A stretch of 64,000 nt of DNA from an uncultured Flavobacteriaceae bacterium (lineage in GTDB: Bacteria; Bacteroidota; Bacteroidia; B-17B0; Aurantibacillaceae), in contig CAYLVB010000012.1 of assembly GCA_964387075.1 (NCBI GenBank), forward strand, positions 81,210-145,209, read 5' to 3'. The first letter of the stretch is position 1. The number at the start of each line of letters is the position of its first letter. The position numbers were made by a program, and so were the translations under genes. The notes below the pieces were generated by a model. That model saw only the letters and a list, made by a program, of their open reading frames with translations, ran no database searches and had not been told where the DNA came from. Shown piece after piece: positions 1-10,073 of this stretch.

Positions 1-2
1 GC

Positions 3-581
3 TGGTGGAACAAAAAGATCGAGGAACTCAGTAAAGGCATGCAGCAGAAGGTTCAGTTCATCGTTACGGTGATACACAAACCCAAATTACTGATCCTGGA
101 TGAGCCTTTCAGTGGCTTCGATCCCATCAACGCGCAATTGATACGCAATGAGATCCTGGAGTTAAGGAAGAATGGTACCACGGTGATCTTCTCCACCCAC
201 AACATGGGCTCGGTGGAAGAACTTTGCGATCACATCGCGCTCATCAATAAATCAGAAAAGATACTGGACGGTTCTGTGAAGGAGATCCGCAAGGCTTACC
301 GCTCAAATACCTACGATATCAATTTCAAAGGAAACATCATGGGTTTTACCAATGCCATGTGGACCGGAGGCGAGCTCCTTGAAAAGCACAGCGATGGCGA
401 TGTGCATGAGGTTCGTGTGAAACTGGCGGCTGCCATTAAGCCGAACGATCTTTTGAAGGCCGTGATGCCTTTCGCCGAGATCAATTCGCTGCGCGAGGTG
501 ATACCGAGCATGAACGACATCTTCATTCAAAAAGTACAGGAGACGCAAGTAGTAGGAACGCAAAGCAATTATACCGAGTAA
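3..581 (+). CDS. ABC transporter ATP-binding protein (5'-truncated by window edge)
   Basis: Frame is open from the window start (WWNKKIEELSKGMQQK). Signature LSKGMQQK, Walker B LLILDEPFSGFD, H-loop STH, DUF4162-like tail. Confidence 0.93.
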   Translation, partial: WWNKKIEELSKGMQQKVQFIVTVIHKPKLLILDEPFSGFDPINAQLIRNEILELRKNGTTVIFSTHNMGSVEELCDHIALINKSEKILDGSVKEIRKAYRSNTYDINFKGNIMGFTNAMWTGGELLEKHSDGDVHEVRVKLAAAIKPNDLLKAVMPFAEINSLREVIPSMNDIFIQKVQETQVVGTQSNYTE

Positions 582-585
582 AGGT

Positions 586-660
586 TGATTCGTTATTCGT
601 AATAAGTTAAACGGATAACGCACAACGAATAACATATAACCAATAACGACTAACGTCAAC
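586..660. repeat. Short-period degenerate intergenic repeats (ttcgtta / acgaata / ataacg units)
   Basis: gattcgttattcgtaa ... ataacgcacaacgaataacatataaccaataacgactaacg, between two co-oriented genes. Confidence 0.45.
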
Positions 661-661
661 C

Positions 662-2005
662 ATGAATAAAATATTTTTAATAATCTGGAGAGAGTATTTC
701 GAGCGCATCCGTAAGAAGAGTTTCATTATTATGTCGCTTTTGGGCCCGGTGCTTATGGCCGGTGGATTTGCTTTGATGATCTGGCTGGCCAATGCGGATA
801 AGACCGAGCAAAAGATCTTGGTCATCGATTCTTCCATGGCCTTTTACAAAAGCTTGCCAGATAATGAATTGATCCGTTTTCATTACCCGGATGTAAAGCT
901 CAACCAGGCCATACAGGAATTCTACAAAAGCGATTATACCTGTATCCTATACGTGCCTTATAACATCGCCCAGGGCGGTAATACCTCGGTACAATTATAT
1001 TACAAGAAATCGCCGGGCTTTGCCACCACACAATATCTCAAAGATATCATGGAGCGAAAACTCTACGAGTTCAAACTGGCCGCTAACAACATCAATCCCG
1101 AAGTGATCCGCAACGCGCGCCAAACCATTCACATCATCAATGAAAAGATCTACGAGGACGGCAAGAGCAAGGAAAGCAAGAGCGACATCCTGATGGGCGT
1201 AGGATTTGCCTGTGGTGTTTTGATATTCATGTTCCTTACCATTTACGGAGCGCAGGTAATGCGCAGCGTAATGGAAGAAAAAACCAGTCGCATTGTGGAA
1301 GTGATCATCAGCAGTGTGAAACCTTTCCAGCTCATGATGGGTAAGATCATCGGTGTAGCTTTTGTCGGTATCACACAATTCCTGATCTGGATATTACTTA
1401 CCGCGGTACTCACATCCGTGCTGTCTGCAACCGTGCTCAAGCCTATCACGGCTGACGCGATGAAACAAAAAGAACAGATGGAAGTCGTATACAAACAAGG
1501 TAGTAATGCCAACATGAAGGAACTCGAGAAGATCGACAGTAGAATGGAAGCGCTCAGTATGATCGACGACCTGAAAGGTTTGGATTTTATGGAGATCGCC
1601 ATCTGTTTCTTCCTCTATTTCCTGGGTGGCTATTTGTTCTACAGTGCTCTCTTCGCAGCCATAGGCTCGGCGGTGGATAGTGAAGCCGACACGCAGCAGT
1701 TCATGCTACCAATCATGCTTCCGCTCATTGTGGGCTATATGATGACGGTCAACGTCATGCAAAACCCGGAAGGAAACATAGCCTTTTGGGGATCGCTGAT
1801 CCCCTTCACCTCGCCGGTGGTCATGCTGGCGCGCCTTCCGCATGGAGTTCCTTTATGGCAAATAGGACTTTCACTTTCATTATTGGTATTAGGCTTCATT
1901 TTCACGGTGTGGATAGCGGGCCGTATTTACAGAATAGGTATTTTGATGTACGGAAAAAAAGTTTCATGGAAAGAAATTATTAAATGGGTTACTTACAAGG
2001 CCTAA
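662..2005 (+). CDS. ABC-2 type transporter permease (NatB/YhaP-like)
   Basis: N-terminal TM helix, periplasmic domain, VMEEKTSRIVEVIISSVKPFQLMMGKI motif, multiple C-terminal TMs; follows the ATPase. Confidence 0.92.
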   Translation: MNKIFLIIWREYFERIRKKSFIIMSLLGPVLMAGGFALMIWLANADKTEQKILVIDSSMAFYKSLPDNELIRFHYPDVKLNQAIQEFYKSDYTCILYVPYNIAQGGNTSVQLYYKKSPGFATTQYLKDIMERKLYEFKLAANNINPEVIRNARQTIHIINEKIYEDGKSKESKSDILMGVGFACGVLIFMFLTIYGAQVMRSVMEEKTSRIVEVIISSVKPFQLMMGKIIGVAFVGITQFLIWILLTAVLTSVLSATVLKPITADAMKQKEQMEVVYKQGSNANMKELEKIDSRMEALSMIDDLKGLDFMEIAICFFLYFLGGYLFYSALFAAIGSAVDSEADTQQFMLPIMLPLIVGYMMTVNVMQNPEGNIAFWGSLIPFTSPVVMLARLPHGVPLWQIGLSLSLLVLGFIFTVWIAGRIYRIGILMYGKKVSWKEIIKWVTYKA

Positions 2006-2889
2006 ATAGTTCACTAAAAAGCGATCCGGGGGGAGTAAGATCTTCCTCCGAGGTCAGGCTATTCTCCCCCGTGGGAGAGATGCCAAAGGCAGAGGGGGGC
2101 TCCACAAAATTGCACTGGAAACATAACTGTCTCCCCCGTGGGGGAGATGCCGAAGGCAGAGGGGGGGATTGGAAACGGATACTGTATGTATGCTTAGCAA
2201 TTATCTTCTTTGGAACCCTGCAAGCCCAGGAAAAGAAAAAGGAACGCGTTAACTTCTTGCGGGTAGTGGCCGGCCCCATGCTCTCCTTCTACCAGAACAA
2301 TGCTTTCCACACCAATGATTCGCGCCCGCGCTACGCGTTCTTTGCAGGCGCTTATTACGATATCAAGCTGTACAAAGATTTTACCTTCATGCCGGGAGTA
2401 GAATACGCGCGTCACGGGCTCTCCTTTAATTCCTATTACCTGGCCCCGGGCTACCAGTCGCTTTACGACAAGAACTTCGATTATAATTACCGGCTTACTT
2501 TGCAGGAGGCGCGGGTAAATCTCCTTCTAAAGCAGGTGATCGGCATTGAGACCCGCAATATGATTACGGGGTACACTTCCTGCGGATATGTTTTGCGTTA
2601 TTTGCTGAAATCGGATATGAATGTCAGTTCAAACCTCACGGGTGCCGAACTTTTCGATGGGAAACCCAATATTTCTTTCGAGCATGACGTGATCAGGAAT
2701 AATATGGCCTCTGCGGTAAAATTCATTGCCGGGGCACAGCGCAATTTCTTTAAAAGCCACAGGGCCTTCTTCTTTGAGGCGGCTTTTACCTTTTCGCTCT
2801 CCCGGTTCTACATCAAAGAGAGCTTTACGCCCTCATCCTTATATATCAACGGATCTTTTCTTCAGTTGGGTTTTGGAGTTAAGATCTAA
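1984..2889 (+). CDS. Outer-membrane beta-barrel (porin-family) protein; start uncertain (1984 or 2080), N-terminus encoded by repeats
   Basis: Signal-like KRILYVCLAIIFFGTLQAQ, amphipathic beta strands, C-terminal LQLGFGVKI. Confidence 0.7.
   Translation: MGYLQGLNSSLKSDPGGVRSSSEVRLFSPVGEMPKAEGGSTKLHWKHNCLPRGGDAEGRGGDWKRILYVCLAIIFFGTLQAQEKKKERVNFLRVVAGPMLSFYQNNAFHTNDSRPRYAFFAGAYYDIKLYKDFTFMPGVEYARHGLSFNSYYLAPGYQSLYDKNFDYNYRLTLQEARVNLLLKQVIGIETRNMITGYTSCGYVLRYLLKSDMNVSSNLTGAELFDGKPNISFEHDVIRNNMASAVKFIAGAQRNFFKSHRAFFFEAAFTFSLSRFYIKESFTPSSLYINGSFLQLGFGVKI
2063..2166 (+). repeat. Two 37-bp direct copies of a REP-like palindromic element
   Basis: TCTCCCCCGTGGGAGAGATGCCAAAGGCAGAGGGGGG (2063-2099) and TCTCCCCCGTGGGGGAGATGCCGAAGGCAGAGGGGGG (2130-2166), 2 mismatches. 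Internal CTCCCCC/GGGGGAG and GCC/GGC hairpins. Confidence 0.85.
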
Positions 2890-5800
2890 TTCTCGAGTAC
2901 AAGCTTCAGCGTAGTTTTGACATTTCCGCAGCGCAGTATCACAAAATAAACGCCTGGGCCGGTGCCCAGCACCAGGTCGATATCCTTTTTGCCTGGACGC
3001 GCCTCATACACACTATTCCCTAACAGATCAACGATATTTATTTCATCTATGGTAGCATACCCGCTAACGGTGAAGTGGCCCGATGAAGGGTTGGGATAAA
3101 GGTTTACCTGGCCGCCAACATAACCTATATTAAACGTAGTGCGGTTATTTGTAATGTTCGACTTACTTCTAACCACTGTTGCCTGCGTAGAGCCACTTCC
3201 GTAACGCATTGTGGGTGTACAATTGAAACCGTTGGCCTGCACGCGCCAGTTGGCTATGAGCTGGAAGGTGCCGTACTGCGGATCATTAAGGATATTAGAA
3301 GTACCCGACGCGACACCGATCACTTTCCAAAAACCGGTATTATTGCTGTCGCGCAGCAACTCAAATGTTGTAACGGGGGTAAGCGTTGAACTTTCAACTG
3401 CGTAGGTGTTCCACGTAAAAGCGCCGGTTTGCTGATCGTTAAAATAAATGCTTGTATGATAAAGACTTTTAGCGCCTTCGTTCCCGCATGTATCTCTCAC
3501 CGAAATTTTATACAGGTACGTTGTAATGTTAGGGTCGCCATTGGCCGGCCCAACCTGCCTGGCTGTATCTCTGAACATGCTGAGTAATCTTTTGATACAG
3601 CGCCAATGCGCTTAAATACGTTGGTCGAAACTTCACGATACACGATAAAACTATCGGCATCCGGGTTCAGGGTTTTGTCCCAGTAGATCTCGTTATACAG
3701 GGAGGCGCTATCAGTTGTCACCATGCATATGTCAGGAACGGACGACGTGTGGGTGGCAACGGCAACAGAGGCCGTGTTGCTGCAACCGTTTCCATCTGTA
3801 CCAGAAACTGTATAGGTAGTGCTTGTATTCACGGTAGCATTGGTATTCGCGTTGTTGGGGGCGCTAAGCCCGCTTGTTGGCGACCAGGAATAGATAATAG
3901 CTCCCGTTGCGCTTAAAGCTACTATTCCACCCGGACAAGTAATGAGTGAACTGGAATTGGCTGTCACGTTCGGCAATTGGTAAACGGTTACCTGCACGTC
4001 GTTAGTAGCAGAACAGCTCACCGAGTTGGTTACAGTAACTGTATAAATAGTAGTGGTAGTAGGTGAGGCAATTGGATTTGCCACGTTGGGGTTGCTCAGT
4101 CCTGACGTAGGTAGCCAACTGTAGGCAATGCCACCGCTTGCATTTAAAAGTGTAGGGTTGCCTATGCAGATACCTACATCCGGACCGGCATTTGCATTTG
4201 GCAGTGAATTAACCGTTACAGAAACGATATCACTTGCGGTACATGTGTTTGCGTCTTCAACGGTTACAGTATAAGTGATATTACTGGTGGGTGTGGCCAC
4301 CGGGTTGGAAATATTTGGATTGGATAGAGAGCCTGCAGGGCTCCAGGTATAGGAAATTCCGCCGCTTGCCGATAGATTTAAAGGAGTGCCTGCACAAATG
4401 GTAGCGTCGTTGCCGGCATTGGCTGTGGGGAGTGGATTTACAGTAACAACTACTACATCTGTTGCGGTGCAGCCCAGTGAGTTGGTAACAGTTACGGTAT
4501 AATTTGTGGTTGTGGTGGGTGAGGCCACAGGGGTTGCTATTGACGGGTTACTTAATCCTGCCGTGGGACTCCATGCGTAACTTGTACCACCGCTGGCGCC
4601 CAGTGTGGTATTGCCTCCGTTACATATGCTTACATCGGTTCCGGCGTTCGCGCTCACGTTACAGATCTTGGTTACGAATACTTCTGTAGATGCAACCGCC
4701 GAGATATTGTTGGAGCCGAAAGAAGCTGTTCCGGTGTAAGTGCCAGTGGCGTACACGATCCCAGCAGTTGCGTCGTTTGTAATACCTTTTGCCTCGTCAT
4801 TTCCGGTTCCGCCACCTTGTATAGCCCATAGTTCGGTGCCTGTAGGGCTGTAATGCGTAATAAAAGCATCCTCTAAACCCGTACTGGTAACAGAGTATGT
4901 GCCAAATGTAGCGGTACCCTGGAATTTGCCAGCAACATAACACCCGGTATTGTCTGCGGTGATCGTATTGCTGTAATCGTAATAGGTAGCGCTTCCCCCA
5001 CTCTTAGCCCATACCCAATTTCCGTTCGCGTCTATCCTTGCAGTAAAGGCATCCAGATTGCCGGTGGAAGTTAGTGTGGTTGTTCCCAAGGTCATGGAAT
5101 TACTAAAGATGCCGGTTACATACATGTCACTGGAAGAGTTCACACGCACAATATCATAGGCTTCGTCCTGTCCTGCGCTTCCCACGCTTCTTGCCCAAAC
5201 CCATCCGGGTATTCCGGCATCGTATTTGGCTATAAAGATGTCGTCGCTACCGGAATTACTGGTAAGAGTAGTGGTTCCGATAGTGGCTGTTCCTGCAAAT
5301 TTTCCAACAATATAACTTATGTTCGACATGGTTTGAATAGAAAAACTTCGCTGGTTATTACTTCCTCCCGCGGCTATGGCCCACATGCAATTCCCATTAG
5401 TTGCGTCGTACCGGGCAATAAAGGTCTCCCAATTGGTGCCAGTTAAGTTAATGGTGCCGAAAGTAGCCAGGTCCCAAAAATAACCGGTAAGAATAGGGTA
5501 GCCGAACTGATCGAAAGAGATCGCAGTACCATAATCATCATCCTGGTTGCTTCCGGCGCTTTTGGCCCAAAGAAAATTTCCGGTAGACTGATCGAATTTT
5601 GCGATAAAAATATCAATGGTGCCACCCGCGCTGGTAAGGGTGGTGGTTCCTATCACCGCGGTACCCGCATACCATCCGGTAACATAAGCGCCGGCTATGT
5701 CGTTTACATTGCCCTGTAACTTCACGGCCCATAAACAATTTCCCAACGCGTCATACTTTGCTATATAGTTGCCACCGCCTACCAGGTTAAAGGTCCCAAA

Positions 5801-5974
5801 TGTGGCTGTGCTGGAAAAGACCCCGCTAATATACGTATTACCCGATCCATCAGAAGTTATAGAGCGCCCGTCATCGGAGCCGGCACCGCCACCCGAACGT
5901 GCCCATTGATACGTTTGCGCATGTAATAGGGCCTGAATAAAAAGAAAAATGGAGATGAGTAATGCCTTTTTCAT
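2886..5974 (-). pseudogene. T9SS type A sorting-domain protein (SBBP beta-propeller repeats plus Ig/PKD-like repeats), split by a 1-bp frameshift near 3585
   Basis: ORF 3497..5974 (signal MKKALLISIF...HAQ, WAKSAG/FIAKYD repeats, ANAGxDxxIC repeats) lacks a CTD. The overlapping ORF 2886..3578 supplies the LYPNPSSG...GVYFV...KLVLE CTD. Confidence 0.8.
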
Positions 5975-6109
5975 GGTATTTGATTTGAAAACAAATATAA
6001 AAAAATCCTTCAAACAGACACCCTTATTACTGCGAAAACCGCTATACATATAAGGAAGGTTTTGGAATTAGATTTTTATTCCCTAACTTTAACGGTTTAG
6101 AGGTAATTC

Positions 6110-7117
6110 GTGATAAAGAAATTTTATATACCGTTTTGGTGCTTTGCGCTCTTTTCTTTTTTTTCAAGGGCGCAGGACATCCATTTCTCGCAATATTTTT
6201 CAACTCCGCTAACTATTTCTCCTTCCAATACCGGCAATTATTCGGGCGACTGGCGCGTAATGGCCAATTACCGTACCCAATGGAAAGAGGTAGCTAAACC
6301 TTACAATACCCAGTCGGTTGGTGCCGATAAGCAGTTCTATATTTTTAATGAGAAGATATCGGGCGGCTTATTGATCGTGAATGACCGCTCGGGCGGAACC
6401 TTCCAGGTAAATAAGATCCAGCTTTCTGGTGCTTATCATAAATTATTTGGAAAACATGCTTTGCACGCGGGAATTCAGCCCGGTTTTACGATGAAGAGCA
6501 TTTCGAAGAACGAAACTTTTCCTAATCAGCTCAATTGGGGAACCGGGAAGTTCGATTCAGGTCTGCCGAATAACGAAACAGACCTTCAGTTTCGTTTGAA
6601 TTACTTTGATCTGAATGTAGGTTTTGGTTATGACGTGAAATTCAAGAAAGCGGAGATCTTCACAACCTACGCGATCTATCACGTTAACTATCCGAAAGAA
6701 ACTTTTCTTGGAAATAGTAATATCCTGAAACCACGCCAGGTATTTGGCCTTGGTACCACCTGGTACGCCGCTTCTAAGATCACTTTGCAGCCATCCCTCA
6801 ACGTAATGGGAACCGACAAAGCTTCTGAGTTCATGATGGGAGCAAGGATGTTCTACTCTTTGGATAAGGAATTCTCCATTGAAAAATCACTTTTCGGCGG
6901 GGCGTATTTCCGTCACGGCTTCAGCAATCTTACCGACGCGGTCTTCGTAGCTGTTGGGATGAATTACAAACAGTATTATGGCGGTGTAAGCTACGATATC
7001 AATATCTCACAATTAAAAACGGCCTCTAATTACAAAGGCGCACTTGAGCTCTCTTTCATTTATACCGGCCTCAGCACACGCTTAGCCAAAACAGCCATTC
7101 CTTGTGATCGTTATTAA
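6110..7117 (+). CDS. PorP/SprF family type IX secretion system membrane protein
   Basis: AQDIHFSQYF...P..ISPSNTG, NYRTQW, GVSYDINIS...GALELS motifs. Confidence 0.92.
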   Translation: MIKKFYIPFWCFALFSFFSRAQDIHFSQYFSTPLTISPSNTGNYSGDWRVMANYRTQWKEVAKPYNTQSVGADKQFYIFNEKISGGLLIVNDRSGGTFQVNKIQLSGAYHKLFGKHALHAGIQPGFTMKSISKNETFPNQLNWGTGKFDSGLPNNETDLQFRLNYFDLNVGFGYDVKFKKAEIFTTYAIYHVNYPKETFLGNSNILKPRQVFGLGTTWYAASKITLQPSLNVMGTDKASEFMMGARMFYSLDKEFSIEKSLFGGAYFRHGFSNLTDAVFVAVGMNYKQYYGGVSYDINISQLKTASNYKGALELSFIYTGLSTRLAKTAIPCDRY

Positions 7118-9137
7118 GAGATTCAAATATATTTGTTTGTTCGTGCTGGCTTTGGGTTTTGCAGATGTTTACGCGCAGGACACCATCGATATTAAAAGTC
7201 TGAATTTCTCACAGGCCAAACGTTTTGGCAAAAGCGCCATGCAGCAGGGTGATTTTTACGCGGCCAGCGAATATTTCACCCAATGCACCAAATTAAAACC
7301 TTCTAATTCAGGCGCGGCATTTTTATTGGCCGAGTCGTACCGAAACGCCCGCGATTACGCACATGCACAGGAATGGTACGATAAGACCACGAAGCTGGAT
7401 CCCGACAAAGCGGTCGCCTATTACTATTCCGGCCTCATGCTCAAAATGAGCGGAAGCTGCGATAAGGCCAAAGAACAGTTCGCTAAGTTCAAAAAGAAAG
7501 CGGGCAGTGATAAAAGCCTTGCCGACATTAAAAAGCACGTTAAATTTGAGATAGCCGGCTGCGATTCAGTAATTCCCTTTAACAAATTGGTGGCCAACAC
7601 CAGCGTGGTGCATTTAGATTCAAGCATCAACAAGGTGCACGTGGACCATTCACCTGTCTTTCTGGATACCGCAACCATGCTGTACTCTTCGGTAAGAACA
7701 AACAAAAAAGTATTTACTGTAACCAGTCAGACTGATACAGTTGTGGGAGTTTACAAGAAATTCTATACGGCCAAAAAGCAGGGCGACAAATGGGTTTATA
7801 GTGGCGAGTTCGACCCCATGTTCAACAAAGAGGGATTTAATAATACCAACGGTGTTTTTTCGGGCGACGGGAAGCGCTTTTATTTCACGCGATGCAAGAA
7901 GAACTGGAAGGGGCAAATGATCTGTGCCATTTATGTGAGTCACAAAGATGGAGGAAGTTGGTCGGAGCCCGAGATGCTCGACAACAAGATCAATAACCCC
8001 AAATACACTTCTACCCAGCCTGCGGTTTCTATTGAGTCGGTAAAGCAAAATGAAGTAGTATATTTTGTGAGTGACAGGCCGGGAGGAAGAGGAGGGATGG
8101 ACATCTGGTATTTTGTATACGACCTCAAAAAGAAAACATACAGTGAACCCAAGAATGCGGGAAGCAAGATCAACACCAGTTCGGATGAGATGACTCCTTA
8201 TTACGACCAGGATCATCGCAACCTGTATTTCAGCTCGGCAGGCTGGCCGGGAATGGGTGGACTTGATGTTTTTCACGCCAGTGGCGAGATGAAACGCTTT
8301 TTACAGCCTGAGAACGTAGGCGCTCCGATCAATTCAGGCAGTGATGATCTTTACTTTGTGGAAGGAAAGAACAAGGAAGATGGGTTCTTTGTATCGAACC
8401 GCAAAGGCGGCGCGGCCGTGAAGAACAATCCTACCTGCTGCGATGATATCTATTCGTTCAAGCATTTGGAATATGTGCGCATCAATATGGCGGGGACCGT
8501 GCTGGATGAAAAGGGAAATCCAGTACCGAAGACCAAAGTTTCTCTGTTCGCAAAGAATGCCGGCTCAGAACCTGTTTTCATTAAAGATGTGGAAACCGAT
8601 GAGAAAGGGAATTATTCCATGAGCGTAATGGCGGGTAAGGAGTACAAGCTTGTTTTCGAAAAGGAAAAATACCTGAACGCAACACACGATTTTACGACCA
8701 AAGAAATTATCAAGTCGCAGGACCTGTCGCACAACGCTACTGTGAAGGAGATCAGCGACAAAGCTTATGTGTTAACGGATGTTCATTATGCTACCGACAA
8801 GCATGATCTTTTGGAATCCTCTCAAAAGGCGATCGACACCACTTTATTGGTGTTCCTCAATGATAACCCGGATGTGATCATCGAGATCAGCTCGCATACC
8901 GACGACCAGGCGAGTGATTCTTATAACCTGAAACTTTCGCAGCGAAGGGCCGATGGTGTGGTAAAGTATCTCATTTCAAAAGGTATTTCTGCTGAGAGAA
9001 TAAAGCCTGTTGGTTACGGCGAATCAAAACCGATGGCTGATAATAAGATCCCCGAAGGTCGCGCGCAGAACCGCCGTACCGAATTCAAGATACTCGGTAA
9101 ACTCCCGCCAAAGGAGAAAGAGTACGACGATAAATAA
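7104..9137 (+). CDS. OmpA-family protein with TPR, PD40 beta-propeller and carboxypeptidase-regulatory-like domains (PorE-like)
   Basis: TPRs, YFVSDRPGGRGGMDIW, LYFSSAGWPGMGGLDVF, C-terminal IEISSHTD...NLKLSQRRA...NRRTEF. Confidence 0.9.
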   Translation: MIVIKRFKYICLFVLALGFADVYAQDTIDIKSLNFSQAKRFGKSAMQQGDFYAASEYFTQCTKLKPSNSGAAFLLAESYRNARDYAHAQEWYDKTTKLDPDKAVAYYYSGLMLKMSGSCDKAKEQFAKFKKKAGSDKSLADIKKHVKFEIAGCDSVIPFNKLVANTSVVHLDSSINKVHVDHSPVFLDTATMLYSSVRTNKKVFTVTSQTDTVVGVYKKFYTAKKQGDKWVYSGEFDPMFNKEGFNNTNGVFSGDGKRFYFTRCKKNWKGQMICAIYVSHKDGGSWSEPEMLDNKINNPKYTSTQPAVSIESVKQNEVVYFVSDRPGGRGGMDIWYFVYDLKKKTYSEPKNAGSKINTSSDEMTPYYDQDHRNLYFSSAGWPGMGGLDVFHASGEMKRFLQPENVGAPINSGSDDLYFVEGKNKEDGFFVSNRKGGAAVKNNPTCCDDIYSFKHLEYVRINMAGTVLDEKGNPVPKTKVSLFAKNAGSEPVFIKDVETDEKGNYSMSVMAGKEYKLVFEKEKYLNATHDFTTKEIIKSQDLSHNATVKEISDKAYVLTDVHYATDKHDLLESSQKAIDTTLLVFLNDNPDVIIEISSHTDDQASDSYNLKLSQRRADGVVKYLISKGISAERIKPVGYGESKPMADNKIPEGRAQNRRTEFKILGKLPPKEKEYDDK

Positions 9138-9140
9138 TTC

Positions 9141-9986
9141 TTATTTCAGGTAATTACGGTACGAGAAGAAGTAATTGATCATGCGGTCCAACTGCCCGAT
9201 GGTGAAAGGCGTTTTGCAGGAAGAAGGATGATACGACATGATATTGCCGATGATGGGTGTATAATAATCTCCGTTCGTGTCCTGGTTGGTACCGGTCCAG
9301 AGGCACAGCGGTGAAACAGGCGCGGGATCTATATCCGCATACGTATCGCAGATCAGGTCGCCTGTTGTGGCGCAATTACTTTCATTCACGAATTCGGTTC
9401 CGGCAGCGGTATCAAAAGTGTGAAGCAGGGAGAAAAAATGTCCCATCTCGTGGCTCCAGCATACCGGGTCGCCGAGGCAACCATGTGAAAGGACCATATA
9501 ATCGCTTCCGGAACTGGCGAAACCGGCCACCCCGGGATTGACAATGGAGCCGACAATATAGACATTGATCACTTTTGCCACCTCGTACAGGTTGGCTACT
9601 TCAGGTGTTTCGAGGGCTTTATCGAACTTATAATATTTGTAATTATAACTGGTGTCCTGCGAACAGATCTTAAAATCGAGACACATAGGCTTGAAATCTG
9701 CATTCATGATCAGGAGCGCACCATCGATGTCAGCCTGCGTGATATTGGTTTGATTGAGACTGTCGGTAAAAATGTGGATGGCTAAAGAAAGTGTTTTATT
9801 GAGACATTTTATCGGCGCTACCGATCCGGGGCCTTGCGGGGTAGGAGGAAGCGTCTTTATCTTTTGTATCAATTGCTGATCGGCAACGAACCCGCAGCGG
9901 CCCACTTGCTGCCCCGGAAGCGAAGTAAATAGCGCACTAAAGAATAATGCAAACAGCACAAGCCGTATTTGCTGCAAATGATTCAT
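9141..9986 (-). CDS. M43 (pappalysin/ulilysin-like) zinc metalloprotease
   Basis: Signal peptide, prodomain CG, HEMGHFFSLLHTF zinc motif, GDLICDT, Met-turn NIMSY. Confidence 0.85.
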   Translation of the reverse strand: MNHLQQIRLVLFALFFSALFTSLPGQQVGRCGFVADQQLIQKIKTLPPTPQGPGSVAPIKCLNKTLSLAIHIFTDSLNQTNITQADIDGALLIMNADFKPMCLDFKICSQDTSYNYKYYKFDKALETPEVANLYEVAKVINVYIVGSIVNPGVAGFASSGSDYMVLSHGCLGDPVCWSHEMGHFFSLLHTFDTAAGTEFVNESNCATTGDLICDTYADIDPAPVSPLCLWTGTNQDTNGDYYTPIIGNIMSYHPSSCKTPFTIGQLDRMINYFFSYRNYLK

Positions 9987-10013
9987 AATTGATGGAATAA
10001 ATTTACATAATTT

Positions 10014-10045
10014 TTTGTGAATGCGGTTAAAAAAAGATAAATTTG
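10014..10045 (+). promoter_or_regulatory. Bacteroidetes primary-sigma promoter (-33/-7)
   Basis: TTTG (10014-10017), 20-nt spacer, TAAATTTG (10038-10045), 28 nt before ATG 10074. Confidence 0.7.
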
Positions 10046-10073
10046 TTTAGTACAAAAAGCTTTTAGAATTTCT

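Noticed and set aside
2063..2166. 37-bp repeat, 30-bp spacer, 37-bp repeat as a mini-CRISPR
   Set aside because: Only two units, no cas genes or leader; the sequence resembles the CCCCTC/GAGGGG REP-like hairpins also seen at 23769 and 39260.
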